A DNA stretch of 64,000 nucleotides from Patescibacteria group bacterium (GCA_041662665.1 JBAZSC010000003.1:76333-140332), one strand, 5' to 3'; positions 25,295-35,401 are shown, counted from the first letter of the stretch. Notes: generated by a model not told the origin, from the letters alone. Numbers and translations are program-made.

Positions 25295-26647
25295 ATGAAT
25301 AAGATTATTCTGCATATTGATATGAATTCATATTTTGCGACTTGTGAACAACAAGCAAATCCTTTTTTACGTGGAAAACCAATTGCAGTCGGCGGCCCGC
25401 CTTCGTCTAGCACTTTTGCGAAAAGTTGCTGGACTTCGGCGGGTAAATCTGGTGGAGAATTTTCACGTAGGAATTTGCTTATTGTAGCTGCATCTAAAGA
25501 GGCGAAGCTAAGAGGTGTTAAATCAGTAATGCCATCTTGGGAGGCGGTAAAGATTTGTCCAGAATTAATTTTTGTACCAGGAGATCATATAAAATACAAA
25601 TGGATTACGGATAAATTTTTAGAAATATTTAAATCATATTCGCCAATTTTAGAAATTTTTAGTATTGATGAAGTCTTTTTAGAGCTCACGAATTTGCACG
25701 AATGCCTTACGGACACGAATTGCACGAATGAAGATAATGTTGATTGTGCGGTTAAAATTGCTAAAGAAATTAAATTAAGATTAAAAAAAGAGATTGGTGA
25801 ATGGATGACTTGTTCAATTGGAATTGCAAAAAATAAATTACTGGCAAAGTTGGCTTCGGATTTAAAAAAGCCAGATGGATTAATTATTATTAATGATGAA
25901 AATAAAGAGAAAATTTTAAATTCGATAGAGCTAACTGATTTTTGCGGAATTGGCAAGAGGATTGAAGCAAGATTAAATGGAATGGGAATTTTTACAGTAA
26001 AGCAACTTAAAAGTTGTTCATATATTAATTTAACTAAACAATTCAAATCTTATGGTCATAAATTATATTTGATGGCCCGAGGAGAAGATAATTCAGAAGT
26101 TTTACCTTATTATTTATTGCCAGACGAAAAATCAATGGGTCATAATTTTACTTTGCCAAAAGATGTTTGGGATTTGAAAGAAATAAAAAATGTGATTTTG
26201 CAGTTATCGGAAAAATTAGGTAGACGTTTAAGGCGAAAAAATTTTGTTGCGAAATGTGTAACGTTATTGTTGAGATACTCTTTTTATGAAAAAAATTCTG
26301 GATATGCTAGTTTTCATCATTTTCATAAGCAAAAAAAAGTCAGCTATTGGATTAATGATGGTTATGAAATTTATAAAGTTGCGGAAAAAATTTTAGAAAG
26401 TTGGAAAGATAATCAATCAGTTAGAATGATTGGCGTTTCAGTTTCTTGCCTTTCAAAAATGGATCAGATTTCATGTTTAGAAAAAGATAATAAATTAAAA
26501 AATGTTTTAAAAGCTTCGGATAAAATAAATAATAAATTTGGAGAAAATACAATTTTTCGTGGCGGTTATTTGCAAGCTGAAAAATCAAGAATTTTAATGC
26601 CAAAAGCTTTAAAATCTCCAGTAAGCTTTATGCGACGAAATGATTAA
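25295..26647 (+). CDS. dinB: Y-family translesion DNA polymerase IV (DinB-like) with internal insertions
   Basis: 'ILHIDMNSYFATCEQQANPFLRGKPIAVGG' motif I; 'SIDEVFLE' motif; about 450 aa with low-complexity inserts. Confidence 0.8.
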   Translation: MNKIILHIDMNSYFATCEQQANPFLRGKPIAVGGPPSSSTFAKSCWTSAGKSGGEFSRRNLLIVAASKEAKLRGVKSVMPSWEAVKICPELIFVPGDHIKYKWITDKFLEIFKSYSPILEIFSIDEVFLELTNLHECLTDTNCTNEDNVDCAVKIAKEIKLRLKKEIGEWMTCSIGIAKNKLLAKLASDLKKPDGLIIINDENKEKILNSIELTDFCGIGKRIEARLNGMGIFTVKQLKSCSYINLTKQFKSYGHKLYLMARGEDNSEVLPYYLLPDEKSMGHNFTLPKDVWDLKEIKNVILQLSEKLGRRLRRKNFVAKCVTLLLRYSFYEKNSGYASFHHFHKQKKVSYWINDGYEIYKVAEKILESWKDNQSVRMIGVSVSCLSKMDQISCLEKDNKLKNVLKASDKINNKFGENTIFRGGYLQAEKSRILMPKALKSPVSFMRRND

Positions 26648-26759
26648 AAATAAAAAAATTTAGTTTTAAAATAGCTACTTTTTTGGCTTGACGAAATTAT
26701 TGATTATGTTAAACTTGAAACTTGCTGCCCCAAAGGACAAAGGGGCTTGGAGGAAAAGG

Positions 26760-27389
26760 ATGAGAGGGACGAGAATGAGTGCTTTGTGTTTGATGCTGGT
26801 TCTTTGTGCATGTTCTGCAAATCCATTTGAAGGCAGGCATAATGTAAATTCAGGTAATGGCAATATTGATGGCAAGAAGGCGATCACAACAGACATGCAA
26901 TTTTCTGTTGGCGAGGTTGATCCGTTTGATGAAGGAAATTTGGAAGTTTTGGATATGTCTGGTCGTGAGATTTTGCGTGTTGATGCTGTTGCTAATGACA
27001 CAAAACGACAGTTGAAGGCACTGTCTTGGTCTAAGGATTCTTCCAGATTTGCTGCTCTTTATAGTGATTATCAAGGAACCGAAGCCATTGTACACTGTAC
27101 TAATGATGCTTCTTATCCTTGTGGAAGAGCTGAATTCAAGAACATCAAGGAAACTAATTTTCACTATTTGACATTTAGCAATAATTTGGGATTTGTCTTG
27201 ATTTCGACTGATGGAAGTGCTGTTGAAGAGTTGCCAATTATTCCAATTTCTCCCGCTGTAATTGTTTCGCCTCCTATTGTTAATGAAGTAGAACTTGATG
27301 GTGGGACTGTAGTCAGTGATTCTGAAATTGTTCCACAGGAAATGGATGGATTAGTAATTGAAGTAGATTCTTCAACCTTGAAAAATTAA
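26760..27389 (+). CDS. Secreted or lipoprotein hypothetical protein
   Basis: SD GGAGG 6 nt upstream of ATG 26760; signal-like 'MSALCLMLVLCACSANP'. Confidence 0.45.
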   Translation: MRGTRMSALCLMLVLCACSANPFEGRHNVNSGNGNIDGKKAITTDMQFSVGEVDPFDEGNLEVLDMSGREILRVDAVANDTKRQLKALSWSKDSSRFAALYSDYQGTEAIVHCTNDASYPCGRAEFKNIKETNFHYLTFSNNLGFVLISTDGSAVEELPIIPISPAVIVSPPIVNEVELDGGTVVSDSEIVPQEMDGLVIEVDSSTLKN

Positions 27390-27992
27390 TTGCACCTTTT
27401 TTAAAACCAATTCTGTTTGGTTTTTTTTATTTTTTTTAAAATTTTCTTGACAAATATTTTTTTAATAATATTATATAAGCTATGTTGTTCTTTTTTTAAA
27501 AATGCAAAGGTAATTGTGGAGTGAACATTTTTTTAAGCGCTCGTGCGCGTTTTTTGAAGCTTTGGCTTTTTATATTTTGGCCGCGAGGCCAAACAGCGGG
27601 AAGGATTGATTCAATATTAAAAATGCTAGCTTAGAAAAATGCTTTGTTGAAGAATTTTTTTTGATACAAAGTCAGAACATCATTTTTTTTATAATATTCT
27701 TGCTAAAATTCTCCCTCATTCTTATGACGGATTTTAGCTGGCTCCCATAACTTTGCCGGCAGATATCTTTGGAGGTTACGGCCTCTGAGGACTACCGTGA
27801 AACAGTCAAGTTTCATGCCATGTAATTTAACCACATTGATTTTCTTTAGATTCTTTTTTTCTCTTGATTCTCGATGTGGTTGTTTTATTTTTGTTGAATT
27901 TTTTAGATAATTGTATTATAATATATTAAAATATTTTGATTGTTCTTTGAAATTTAAGTAGTTATTTTAATAAAAAACGGGAGGAGAGAAAC

Positions 27993-28121
27993 ATGAAACT
28001 GATTTGGAACATTGTTTGTTTTCCATTTCGGTCTTTGAAATTTTGGTTGGATTTTTTTATTTCATTGTATAAAATTGCGAGAATTAGCAAAGAATTGGCT
28101 ATTCTAGTAATAGAAATTTGA
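27993..28121 (+). CDS. Small ORF (42 aa, hydrophobic: MKLIWNIVCFPFRSLKFWLDFFISLYKIARISKELAILVIEI) with strong SD
   Basis: ACGGGAGGAGAGAAAC-ATG; not in the ORF track (<60 aa); sits inside an otherwise ORF-free 0.8-kb region. Confidence 0.3.
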   Translation: MKLIWNIVCFPFRSLKFWLDFFISLYKIARISKELAILVIEI

Positions 28122-28198
28122 GATTATGTTTTTCATCTTGATTAATTCAAAATGTTGATGTATGCTTTGATGTTTACCTCAAGCAAGAGGAGGGGAGA

Positions 28199-28606
28199 AT
28201 GGAAGGACAGCAAATTGGAAAAAAGAATTGGATTAAGGTAAATTCTGGTTGGACAACTTTGAGTGTTTTTTGTCTTTTGACTGGTTTAGGAATTCTCTCT
28301 AATCTTCTTTTTGAATTCTGTGGCAATGTTTTTCTTGCTTGTCTTGCAACATATGGACTTGTAATTTGTGTGATCTGGTGGTTTGCTGGATTGGGTAGTT
28401 TCGTAATGATTGGCAAGAAGACTTGGAGTCGTGCACTTTTTGCATTGGTTGCAATTGTAGTTTGGGGTGGTGTTGGTATTGTTGTCTACTATATTTGGAA
28501 AGATCTTTTTTGGGCAATTTTCAGTGTTCCTATTGCATATTGCTTTATTGCTCTTTATGTTGATTCGATTGCTAATGCAAGCAAGGAACAGTTGCAGTGG
28601 GGATGA
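28199..28606 (+). CDS. Small integral membrane protein (4 predicted TM helices)
   Basis: SD GAGGAGGGGAGA; hydrophobic helices. Confidence 0.45.
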   Translation: MEGQQIGKKNWIKVNSGWTTLSVFCLLTGLGILSNLLFEFCGNVFLACLATYGLVICVIWWFAGLGSFVMIGKKTWSRALFALVAIVVWGGVGIVVYYIWKDLFWAIFSVPIAYCFIALYVDSIANASKEQLQWG

Positions 28607-29029
28607 TCTTTTTGGATTCTTAATTGAATCCTTTTTTATTTTAAAAAAAATAATAAACTTGAATTTTATGATTGAAAAGGTAAAATAAGAGTATTAGAAT
28701 TATTTAAATCTTTGTCATATATTTTTTTAGATGACAGTTATTACAAAATAATTAAAAATATAATTGTTGAAGAAAGTCCACTTTTTCCGTAAAACAAAAC
28801 CTCATACGTTGTTTTCGAGCAACCCTGCGGAAGCCCACGTATGAGGATTTACTTGTATTTTTAGCGTAGCATATTTTTAAAATTATTACAAATGTTATCT
28901 AGAATTTGTAATGGCGCTGTGTGGTTGAAAAAAATATAATAGATTCTATGTTCTTCGCAGCCTGGCTTTACTTATTATTTAGAAAGAATATAATATATTT
29001 TTCGTACCCTAGAAAAGGAGGGAAGGGAA

Positions 29030-29395
29030 ATGGGATTAGTCTGGATTCCAATTGTGAAAAAAGATGTTGATGGAAGAAGTGAAAGCTTTTTTGAAACTCC
29101 GAATTTTATGAATTTGGCGCAATTTGTTAAGATTTTTCTAATTGATGTTGGGGCAAGAGAATTAAAAAAGTTTACTGAGGGTTTTGAAACTCCGCATTGG
29201 AAATTGGATGAGGAAATTAAGCCTGGTGCAATTTTGAAACTTACTACTTCTCCTTATTCTCATGTTGATCATGTTGTTGTAGTTGCTGTGAGGGATGATC
29301 GAGCCGATTTTCTTATCGGCAATACTTTAGAGAGGGCAAGAGCTGAATCTGAGCAACTCAAAAAATGGAAGCTTGATAGAGTTCGAAAAGTTTAG
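29030..29395 (+). CDS. Hypothetical protein (121 aa)
   Basis: SD AAAAGGAGGGAAGGG; own terminator at 29406-29429. Confidence 0.4.
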   Translation: MGLVWIPIVKKDVDGRSESFFETPNFMNLAQFVKIFLIDVGARELKKFTEGFETPHWKLDEEIKPGAILKLTTSPYSHVDHVVVVAVRDDRADFLIGNTLERARAESEQLKKWKLDRVRKV

Positions 29396-29527
29396 TACTT
29401 TTTATAACCGAAGATATTTCGGTTTTTTTATGGTCTCACACTAATATCTCGCTAATAGCGCTAATGTGTCGCTAATAAATTGTTTTATTAAAATTTTTGT
29501 TGTAAGATATTAGTTAATAAGAATATT

Positions 29528-29746
29528 ATGTTGATAAAAGTAAAAGTATTTCCGAATGAAAAAAAAGATGAGATAATAAAGAAGTCAGAAGATAGCTTTA
29601 TTATAAAGGTAAAAGAAAAGGCAGAATTGGGTCAGGCAAATAGGGCTGTGATTTGGCTATTGTCTTTGTATTTTCAAATTCCAGGAAATAAATTCAGAAT
29701 AATCAAGGGAGGAAGAGAGAGAAACAAGATAATTGAAATATTATAA
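29528..29746 (+). CDS. DUF167/YggU (UPF0235) family protein
   Basis: 'KVKVFPNEKKDEI…LGQANRAVIWLLSLYFQIPGNKFRIIKGGRERNKIIEI' matches the YggU family signature. Confidence 0.55.
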   Translation: MLIKVKVFPNEKKDEIIKKSEDSFIIKVKEKAELGQANRAVIWLLSLYFQIPGNKFRIIKGGRERNKIIEIL

Positions 29747-29761
29747 TCTGTAATTATCAAA

Positions 29762-30919
29762 TTGGTTAAACAGATTAAAATTAAAATCATGCCTGTAAAT
29801 AAAATGAAAATTTTGATTAGCAGTATTTCGGCTACTCCAAGCCCTTTTTATTTGTTGCGAGAAATGATGTCGCGAAAATTTAAATCTTTGCAATTTTTGC
29901 AAAAAAAGAATATAGCTTTAAAAGAATTAAATAGCAAATTTTGGAATGAAGAATCATACGATGGTTTGGAGCTAAATTTTCCTGGTTTGGGTTTTTTTGA
30001 TGAAAATTGGAATATCAAAAAAGATAGAGTTATGGAATATAAAAAAAGCAATTATCCATTTTACTCATTTCATGGTTGTTTTGATTCCTTCCCAAAAAAT
30101 TTTAGAGGACTGTATTTAAATTTAGCATCTTCTGATAATTATATCGCAAAAGCTTTAAACTCGCAGATTGATGTTGCTGCTCGGCTAAGCAAAGATACTC
30201 CAATTTTAGTTTTGCATCCAGGCTTTGCTGATCGTTGCAGTAAGGAAAGAGCATTAGACAATTTACTTTTTAATTTGGAAGGTGCATTACCATATGCAAG
30301 AAGGAGAAATGTGATTTTGACATTGGAGAATATGAATTGGAATCCAGACAGAATGAATTTAGGATATCTTGCTGATGACTTTGATTATGTTTTTAGAAGA
30401 ATAGATGATCCAAATTTAAAAGTAACATTTGATATTGGGCACATGAATACTCAAGTTTTGAATAGAAAATTTAGAGTAAGTCATAATATTGAAAATCAGG
30501 CACATATATTAGAATTTATTGATAGAATGTCAAAGAAAATCATTCATGCTCATCTTCATTATAATAATTGTCATCGTTATTTTGATAATGTGTCAGGAAT
30601 GTTGAAACAAAGTATTTCAGCATGGTTCTATTTAGGTTTTATGACATGGATGAAAATTAATAGATCGATAATAACGAATAAAAACGACTTATTGGATGAA
30701 CATTTGCCTCTTAATAAAGCAGATAAAATGACAATGGATGCAATAAAAAATTTATTAGAAAAGACAGCTATAAAAGAATATGGAAAATTAACTTTTGAAT
30801 TTACGCCTAAAAAAATTTTTAAATTTGTGGCAATAAAAAATGGTGCTGAAATGAAAGATCATCTTGCTAGTTTAGAAATAATGAGAAATATATTGAAACC
30901 AAAAATATTAAATCTTTAA
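29762..30919 (+). CDS. Xylose-isomerase-like TIM-barrel (sugar phosphate isomerase/epimerase / AP-endonuclease-2 fold) protein
   Basis: 'LTLENMNW…FDIGHMNTQ…HAHLHYNN' metal-ligand pattern. Confidence 0.45.
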   Translation: MVKQIKIKIMPVNKMKILISSISATPSPFYLLREMMSRKFKSLQFLQKKNIALKELNSKFWNEESYDGLELNFPGLGFFDENWNIKKDRVMEYKKSNYPFYSFHGCFDSFPKNFRGLYLNLASSDNYIAKALNSQIDVAARLSKDTPILVLHPGFADRCSKERALDNLLFNLEGALPYARRRNVILTLENMNWNPDRMNLGYLADDFDYVFRRIDDPNLKVTFDIGHMNTQVLNRKFRVSHNIENQAHILEFIDRMSKKIIHAHLHYNNCHRYFDNVSGMLKQSISAWFYLGFMTWMKINRSIITNKNDLLDEHLPLNKADKMTMDAIKNLLEKTAIKEYGKLTFEFTPKKIFKFVAIKNGAEMKDHLASLEIMRNILKPKILNL

Positions 30920-30941
30920 ATTTATTAATTAAATAAAAATT

Positions 30942-31175
30942 ATGGCAAAAGTAAAAGTTTTTAGTACTCCAACTTGTCCTTATTGCGTTCAGGCAAAAGA
31001 ATATTTAAAAAGCAAGGGTGTTGAATATGAAGAAGTTGATGTTGCAGCTGATGAGGCAGGAAGAAATGAAATGGTAGAAAAAACAGAACAAATGGGAGTA
31101 CCTGTAATTTTGATTGGCGATGAATATATTGTTGGATTTGATCGTGCAAAAATTGACGAATTGCTTGCGAAATAA
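30942..31175 (+). CDS. Glutaredoxin-like small redox protein
   Basis: CPYC active site in 'VKVFSTPTCPYCVQAKEYL', 77 aa. Confidence 0.7.
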   Translation: MAKVKVFSTPTCPYCVQAKEYLKSKGVEYEEVDVAADEAGRNEMVEKTEQMGVPVILIGDEYIVGFDRAKIDELLAK

Positions 31176-31279
31176 TAAGTATCCTGAAAATCTAAGTTTG
31201 AGGTATTGAATACGAGTTAGACTAGTTAGATATGTTAGACTAGTTTTATATTTTTAGGTTTTTATATTTTTATGAAACG

Positions 31280-32164
31280 ATGAGTAAGATTTTGTTATTA
31301 TTGGCATTGTTAGCAGCTCAAATATCACCATTGTCTGGTGGAAGTTTTGATGTCCAAAAAAAGGTTGATGATTTAGGGCCAGTCAAAAAAACAGAAAGTT
31401 TAGGAATGCAGATAACTTCCAAATCAGCAATTGTTGTAGATAGAAAAACAAAGAAAGTTTTATATGAAAAAAATCCAAATCAAAGAATGGCAATGGCGAG
31501 TATGACAAAATTAATGACTGCAATTGTTTTTTTAGAAGAAAGCAAAAAGAATCTTAATGATCGTTTTTTAGTGCCATATGAAATTACAGTTTTAGATGGT
31601 GCTGGAATTGGTTTAGAATCAGGTGAAGAAATAACATATAAAGATTTACTTTGGGGTGCTTTGATTGGATCTGGAAATGATGCGGCAGAAGGATTAGCGT
31701 TAACGTTAGATAATCGTAAAGAATTTATTGATAAAATGAATGAAAAGGCAAAAGAATTAGGGTTATTAGATACTCATTTTGCTTGTGCTTCAGGACTTGA
31801 TACTGAAAATCATTATTCTACAGCTTCTGATATGGCAAAAATTTTGGATTATGCATTAGGTTTGAAGGAGATTAAAGAAGCAATAAAAGTTAAAGAATTT
31901 GATGTGAATTCTTTGAACACAGATCTTGTTCATCATATTTTGAATACAAATAGGCTATTAAGGTATGATTATCCGAAGATGGTTGGTGGTAAAACTGGTT
32001 ATACTGATGCTGCTGGTTTTTGTTTAGCTTCATTATCTTCTGATGAAAAAAATAATGATATTCTTACAGTTGTTATGAATTCTGATTTAGATGGAAATCA
32101 ATTTCAAGATACAAAGGCATTGGTTGATTGGACGTATAAGAATTATAAATGGGCAAAGCTCTAA
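31280..32164 (+). CDS. D-alanyl-D-alanine carboxypeptidase (S11, PBP5-like)
   Basis: Signal peptide; SxxK (ASMTK), SxN (GSGND), KTG (GGKTGYT). Confidence 0.8.
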   Translation: MSKILLLLALLAAQISPLSGGSFDVQKKVDDLGPVKKTESLGMQITSKSAIVVDRKTKKVLYEKNPNQRMAMASMTKLMTAIVFLEESKKNLNDRFLVPYEITVLDGAGIGLESGEEITYKDLLWGALIGSGNDAAEGLALTLDNRKEFIDKMNEKAKELGLLDTHFACASGLDTENHYSTASDMAKILDYALGLKEIKEAIKVKEFDVNSLNTDLVHHILNTNRLLRYDYPKMVGGKTGYTDAAGFCLASLSSDEKNNDILTVVMNSDLDGNQFQDTKALVDWTYKNYKWAKL

Positions 32165-32301
32165 ACTCTAAATTCTAAACTCTAAACAAATTCGAAATAC
32201 AAATGACTAAAATTTAAAAATAACGAAGTGTTTTGAAAATTTGAATTTTAAGCATTTAGATTTGTTTAGATTTTAGAATTTAGTGTTTAGGATTTTCTGA
32301 C

Positions 32302-33396
32302 TTGATTTTAAGTCGGAAACATTTTATTATAAATAATATGGAACACATCCAAGATATAAATTTAGTGACAAATGCAGCAAAAGTTTTGATTATGACAGCA
32401 ATAGCTTTTGTGACTGCAATTTTGTTGACTCCTGTTTTAACTCATTTCTTGTATAAATACAAAATGGGCAAAAGTATCAGAACTTCTGGAGCTCCAGTTT
32501 ATACAAAAATGCATAAAGGCAAGGAAGGAACGCCAACAATGGGCGGAATTTTAGTTTGGTTGACTGTATTAATTTTGGCTTTGCTTTTTTTGATTTTAAG
32601 TACTTTTTTTAACAATTACTTTGGTTGGATGAATTTTTTATCTAGATCGGAAACTTGGTTGCCTTTGTTTGCATTAGTTGTTACTGCTTTGATCGGACTT
32701 GTTGATGATATAATGAATGTTTTCAAAATTGGTCCAAATGGCGGAGGTTTGAGAATGAGATCTCGATTGTTGGTTTACACTATTATTGCGACTGTTGGTG
32801 CTTGGTGGTTTTATTTTAAATTAGGTTGGGATTCAATTCATATTCCTGGAGTTGGAGATTTCACGATTGGCTGGTGGTATTTTCCATTATTTATTTTAGT
32901 AATTGTGGCAACATCTTTTTCGGTTAATGAATCAGATGGATTGGATGGATTAGCTGGTGGAATTCTTTTAACTTGTTTTAGCGCATTTGCGGTTATTGCA
33001 TTTATGCAAGGTCAAGTTGATCTTGCAACTTTTTGTGGTGCAATTGTTGGCGCATTGTTAGCTTTTTTGTGGTTTAATATTTATCCTGCTAGATTTTTTA
33101 TGGGAGATACCGGAGCAATGGCTCTTGGTACTACTCTTGGAATTGTAGCAATGCTGACTAATTCCGTTTTCGTTTTGCCAATCATTGGATTGCCATTAGT
33201 AATGGAATCTGCGTCAGTACTAATTCAAGTATTTTCGAAAAAAGTTTTAAAACGAAAAGTTTTTATTTCAACTCCGATTCATCATCATTTTGAAGCTTTG
33301 GGTTGGCCAGAAACAAAAGTAACAATGAGATTTTGGATTATTGCTATTATATCAGCAGGGTTGGGGTTGATTATAGGACTGATTGGAAGAGGTTAA
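32302..33396 (+). CDS. mraY: Phospho-N-acetylmuramoyl-pentapeptide transferase
   Basis: 'GTPTMGGI', 'DDIMN', 'NESDGLDGLAGG' MraY motifs; 10 TM helices; the true start may be the ATG at 32338. Confidence 0.85.
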   Translation: MILSRKHFIINNMEHIQDINLVTNAAKVLIMTAIAFVTAILLTPVLTHFLYKYKMGKSIRTSGAPVYTKMHKGKEGTPTMGGILVWLTVLILALLFLILSTFFNNYFGWMNFLSRSETWLPLFALVVTALIGLVDDIMNVFKIGPNGGGLRMRSRLLVYTIIATVGAWWFYFKLGWDSIHIPGVGDFTIGWWYFPLFILVIVATSFSVNESDGLDGLAGGILLTCFSAFAVIAFMQGQVDLATFCGAIVGALLAFLWFNIYPARFFMGDTGAMALGTTLGIVAMLTNSVFVLPIIGLPLVMESASVLIQVFSKKVLKRKVFISTPIHHHFEALGWPETKVTMRFWIIAIISAGLGLIIGLIGRG

Positions 33397-33400
33397 AATT

Positions 33401-33505
33401 ACAAATCCCAAAATACAAACAAATCCCAAATTACAAATTGCAAACATTAAATATTCATTGTGTTTTGTAAATTGTAATTTGTTTGGGATTTGGAATTTGT
33501 TTTTT
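33401..33505 (+). repeat. About 100-bp intergenic palindrome built from ACAAATCCCAAA direct and inverted repeats
   Basis: acaaatcccaaaatacaaacaaatcccaaattacaaattgcaaac … gttttgtaaattgtaatttgtttgggatttgg. Confidence 0.6.
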
Positions 33506-33524
33506 TGGTAGTTTAAAATAAATT

Positions 33525-34634
33525 ATGCAAAAATTGACAATTGGTGTTTTATTTGGTGGCAGATCTGGTGAACATGAAGTTTCTTTGGTATCAGCGACTT
33601 CAGTAATTGAAAAACTAGATAAAGAAAAATATAATGTAGTAATGATTGGTATTTCTAAAGAGGGTCACTTTATTTCTGGTGAAAATGCAATGAAAAGATT
33701 AAAAAATAATGATAAAATTTCGGAAAGTGAAGTGATGATTTCTGCTGATCCTTTAGATTTTGGATTGATTGATTTGAAAAATCAAAAAAGGATTAAAATT
33801 GATTGCTTCTTTCCAGTTTTACATGGAACATATGGCGAGGATGGAACAATGCAAGGATTGTTGGATTTGAGCGGTGTTGCTTATGTTGGCGCAGGAATAA
33901 TTGGATCATCATGTGGAATGGATAAGGTTGTAATGAAAAGATTGTTTCGTGAAGCTGGCTTGAAAATCGTTAAAGATTTATATACTACAAAAAGAGAAAT
34001 TGATTTAGATAAACAATCTTTTGTTGAAAAGGTTGAAGCAGAAATTGGTTATCCAAATTTTATAAAGCCAGCAAATATGGGTTCAAGTGTTGGAATCAAT
34101 AAAGCACATAATAAAAAAGAATTAGAAAAATTTATTGATGAAGCTTTGATGTATGATAATAAAATTCTTGTTGAGCAAGGTGTTGAAAAGCCTCATGAAA
34201 TTGAATGTGCAGTATTAGGAAATGATGATTTGAAAGCATCAGTATTGGGTGAGGTTTTTCCAAATGAAGAATTTTATAGCTATGTAGCAAAATATGTTTC
34301 GGAATCAAAAACAGAAGCACCAGCAAAATTGCCAGAAAATATTGCAGAGGAAATTAAAAAACAAGCAATGGACGGTTTTAAAGCTGTTGATTGCAAGGGG
34401 TTAGCTCGTGTTGATTTTTTAATTAGTCAAGATCTATCAGAAATTTATATAAATGAAATAAATACTTTGCCTGGGTTTACATCTATTTCAATGTATCCAA
34501 AATTATGGGAGAAAACTGGATTAAGTTATACAAAATTGCTTGATGAATTGATTAAATTGGCAATTGATAGAAATAATGAAAAAAAGAGTTTGAAGACTAG
34601 CTTTGAAGAAGCAGGAACGTGGCATAAGAAGTGA
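33525..34634 (+). CDS. ddl: D-alanine--D-alanine ligase
   Basis: ATP-grasp; 'FPVLHGTYGEDGTMQGLLDL', 'GSSVGI', 'EINTLPGFT'. Confidence 0.9.
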   Translation: MQKLTIGVLFGGRSGEHEVSLVSATSVIEKLDKEKYNVVMIGISKEGHFISGENAMKRLKNNDKISESEVMISADPLDFGLIDLKNQKRIKIDCFFPVLHGTYGEDGTMQGLLDLSGVAYVGAGIIGSSCGMDKVVMKRLFREAGLKIVKDLYTTKREIDLDKQSFVEKVEAEIGYPNFIKPANMGSSVGINKAHNKKELEKFIDEALMYDNKILVEQGVEKPHEIECAVLGNDDLKASVLGEVFPNEEFYSYVAKYVSESKTEAPAKLPENIAEEIKKQAMDGFKAVDCKGLARVDFLISQDLSEIYINEINTLPGFTSISMYPKLWEKTGLSYTKLLDELIKLAIDRNNEKKSLKTSFEEAGTWHKK

Positions 34635-34635
34635 G

Positions 34636-34688
34636 TTAGGACCCAACTTTAAGTTGGGGTTCGAAGAACTTTAGTTCTAGTAGTAAGG
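34636..34688 (+). repeat. Two-hairpin intergenic element, copy 3 (…acccaac/ttta/gttgggGTtcgaag gaac/ttta/gttc)
   Basis: Same architecture as 1303 and 3437, with compensatory stem sequences. Confidence 0.55.
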
Positions 34689-34714
34689 TTTGTGATAAAA
34701 TAAAAAATAAATAA

Positions 34715-35401
34715 ATGCTGAGTGCTGAAATGGGTGGAAATTTGCAAAAAGATATTTCAGGTTCTGAAAAAGAAAAGCAGAAGCCTGGTTTGGAATTGGT
34801 GAAGGGTGAAGAGTTGGATAATGTTGCTAAGGCAATTGATGATTTATCAGGAAAAATTGAAGGTGATAAAAAAGTTACTGGTGATGATGTTCTGAAATTG
34901 GATGAGGCGTTGGGAAAAGTGAAAGTTGATTTTTATGGTGATGAAATGACTGTTGATGAAATAAAGAAAATTCCTGATTTGAAAGAAAACATGAAGCTAT
35001 GGAAGGGAATAGAGAAAGGTGAAGATAATACAAGTAAAGTTACTTATATTACGAAAAATATTGCGAGAAAACTTATGATAAAAGCGACGAGTAATTTTTA
35101 TAATAGTGCTATACGTTTTGATAAGTTAAAAATTTTACCTGATGATGTTGCTGAAGTAATAGCTGGTTTGACTCATAGATTTTTTAGTATGTATTTCAAT
35201 AGTCTGGATTTTTTGTCTGATAAAGCGATAGAATCTTTATGTTCATCAGAAGCTAAGGTATTGGGTTTAAAGTTTGTTAATAATTTATCTGAAAATGCAA
35301 TAAAAATGTTAGCTGAAAAAATGTTAGCTGAAGATGATAAAACTTTTTTACTTTCCGATGAAACTAAAAAAAGAGTTGAAGAATATTGGGCGAAAAAATA
35401 A
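34715..35401 (+). CDS. Acidic hypothetical protein (228 aa)
   Basis: Long ORF in the dcw region; no recognisable motifs. Confidence 0.4.
   Translation: MLSAEMGGNLQKDISGSEKEKQKPGLELVKGEELDNVAKAIDDLSGKIEGDKKVTGDDVLKLDEALGKVKVDFYGDEMTVDEIKKIPDLKENMKLWKGIEKGEDNTSKVTYITKNIARKLMIKATSNFYNSAIRFDKLKILPDDVAEVIAGLTHRFFSMYFNSLDFLSDKAIESLCSSEAKVLGLKFVNNLSENAIKMLAEKMLAEDDKTFLLSDETKKRVEEYWAKK

Noticed and set aside
27700-27830. SRP RNA, tmRNA or RNase P RNA in the ORF-free region
   Set aside because: No GGAAGGAAGCAGC (SRP helix 8), no tRNA-like ends (tmRNA) and no RNase P conserved motifs were found by eye; left as an unassigned candidate ncRNA.
34658-34670. 'GGTTCGAAG' after ddl as a tRNA T-arm
   Set aside because: No acceptor, D-arm or anticodon arm can be folded around it; it belongs to the two-hairpin repeat family.
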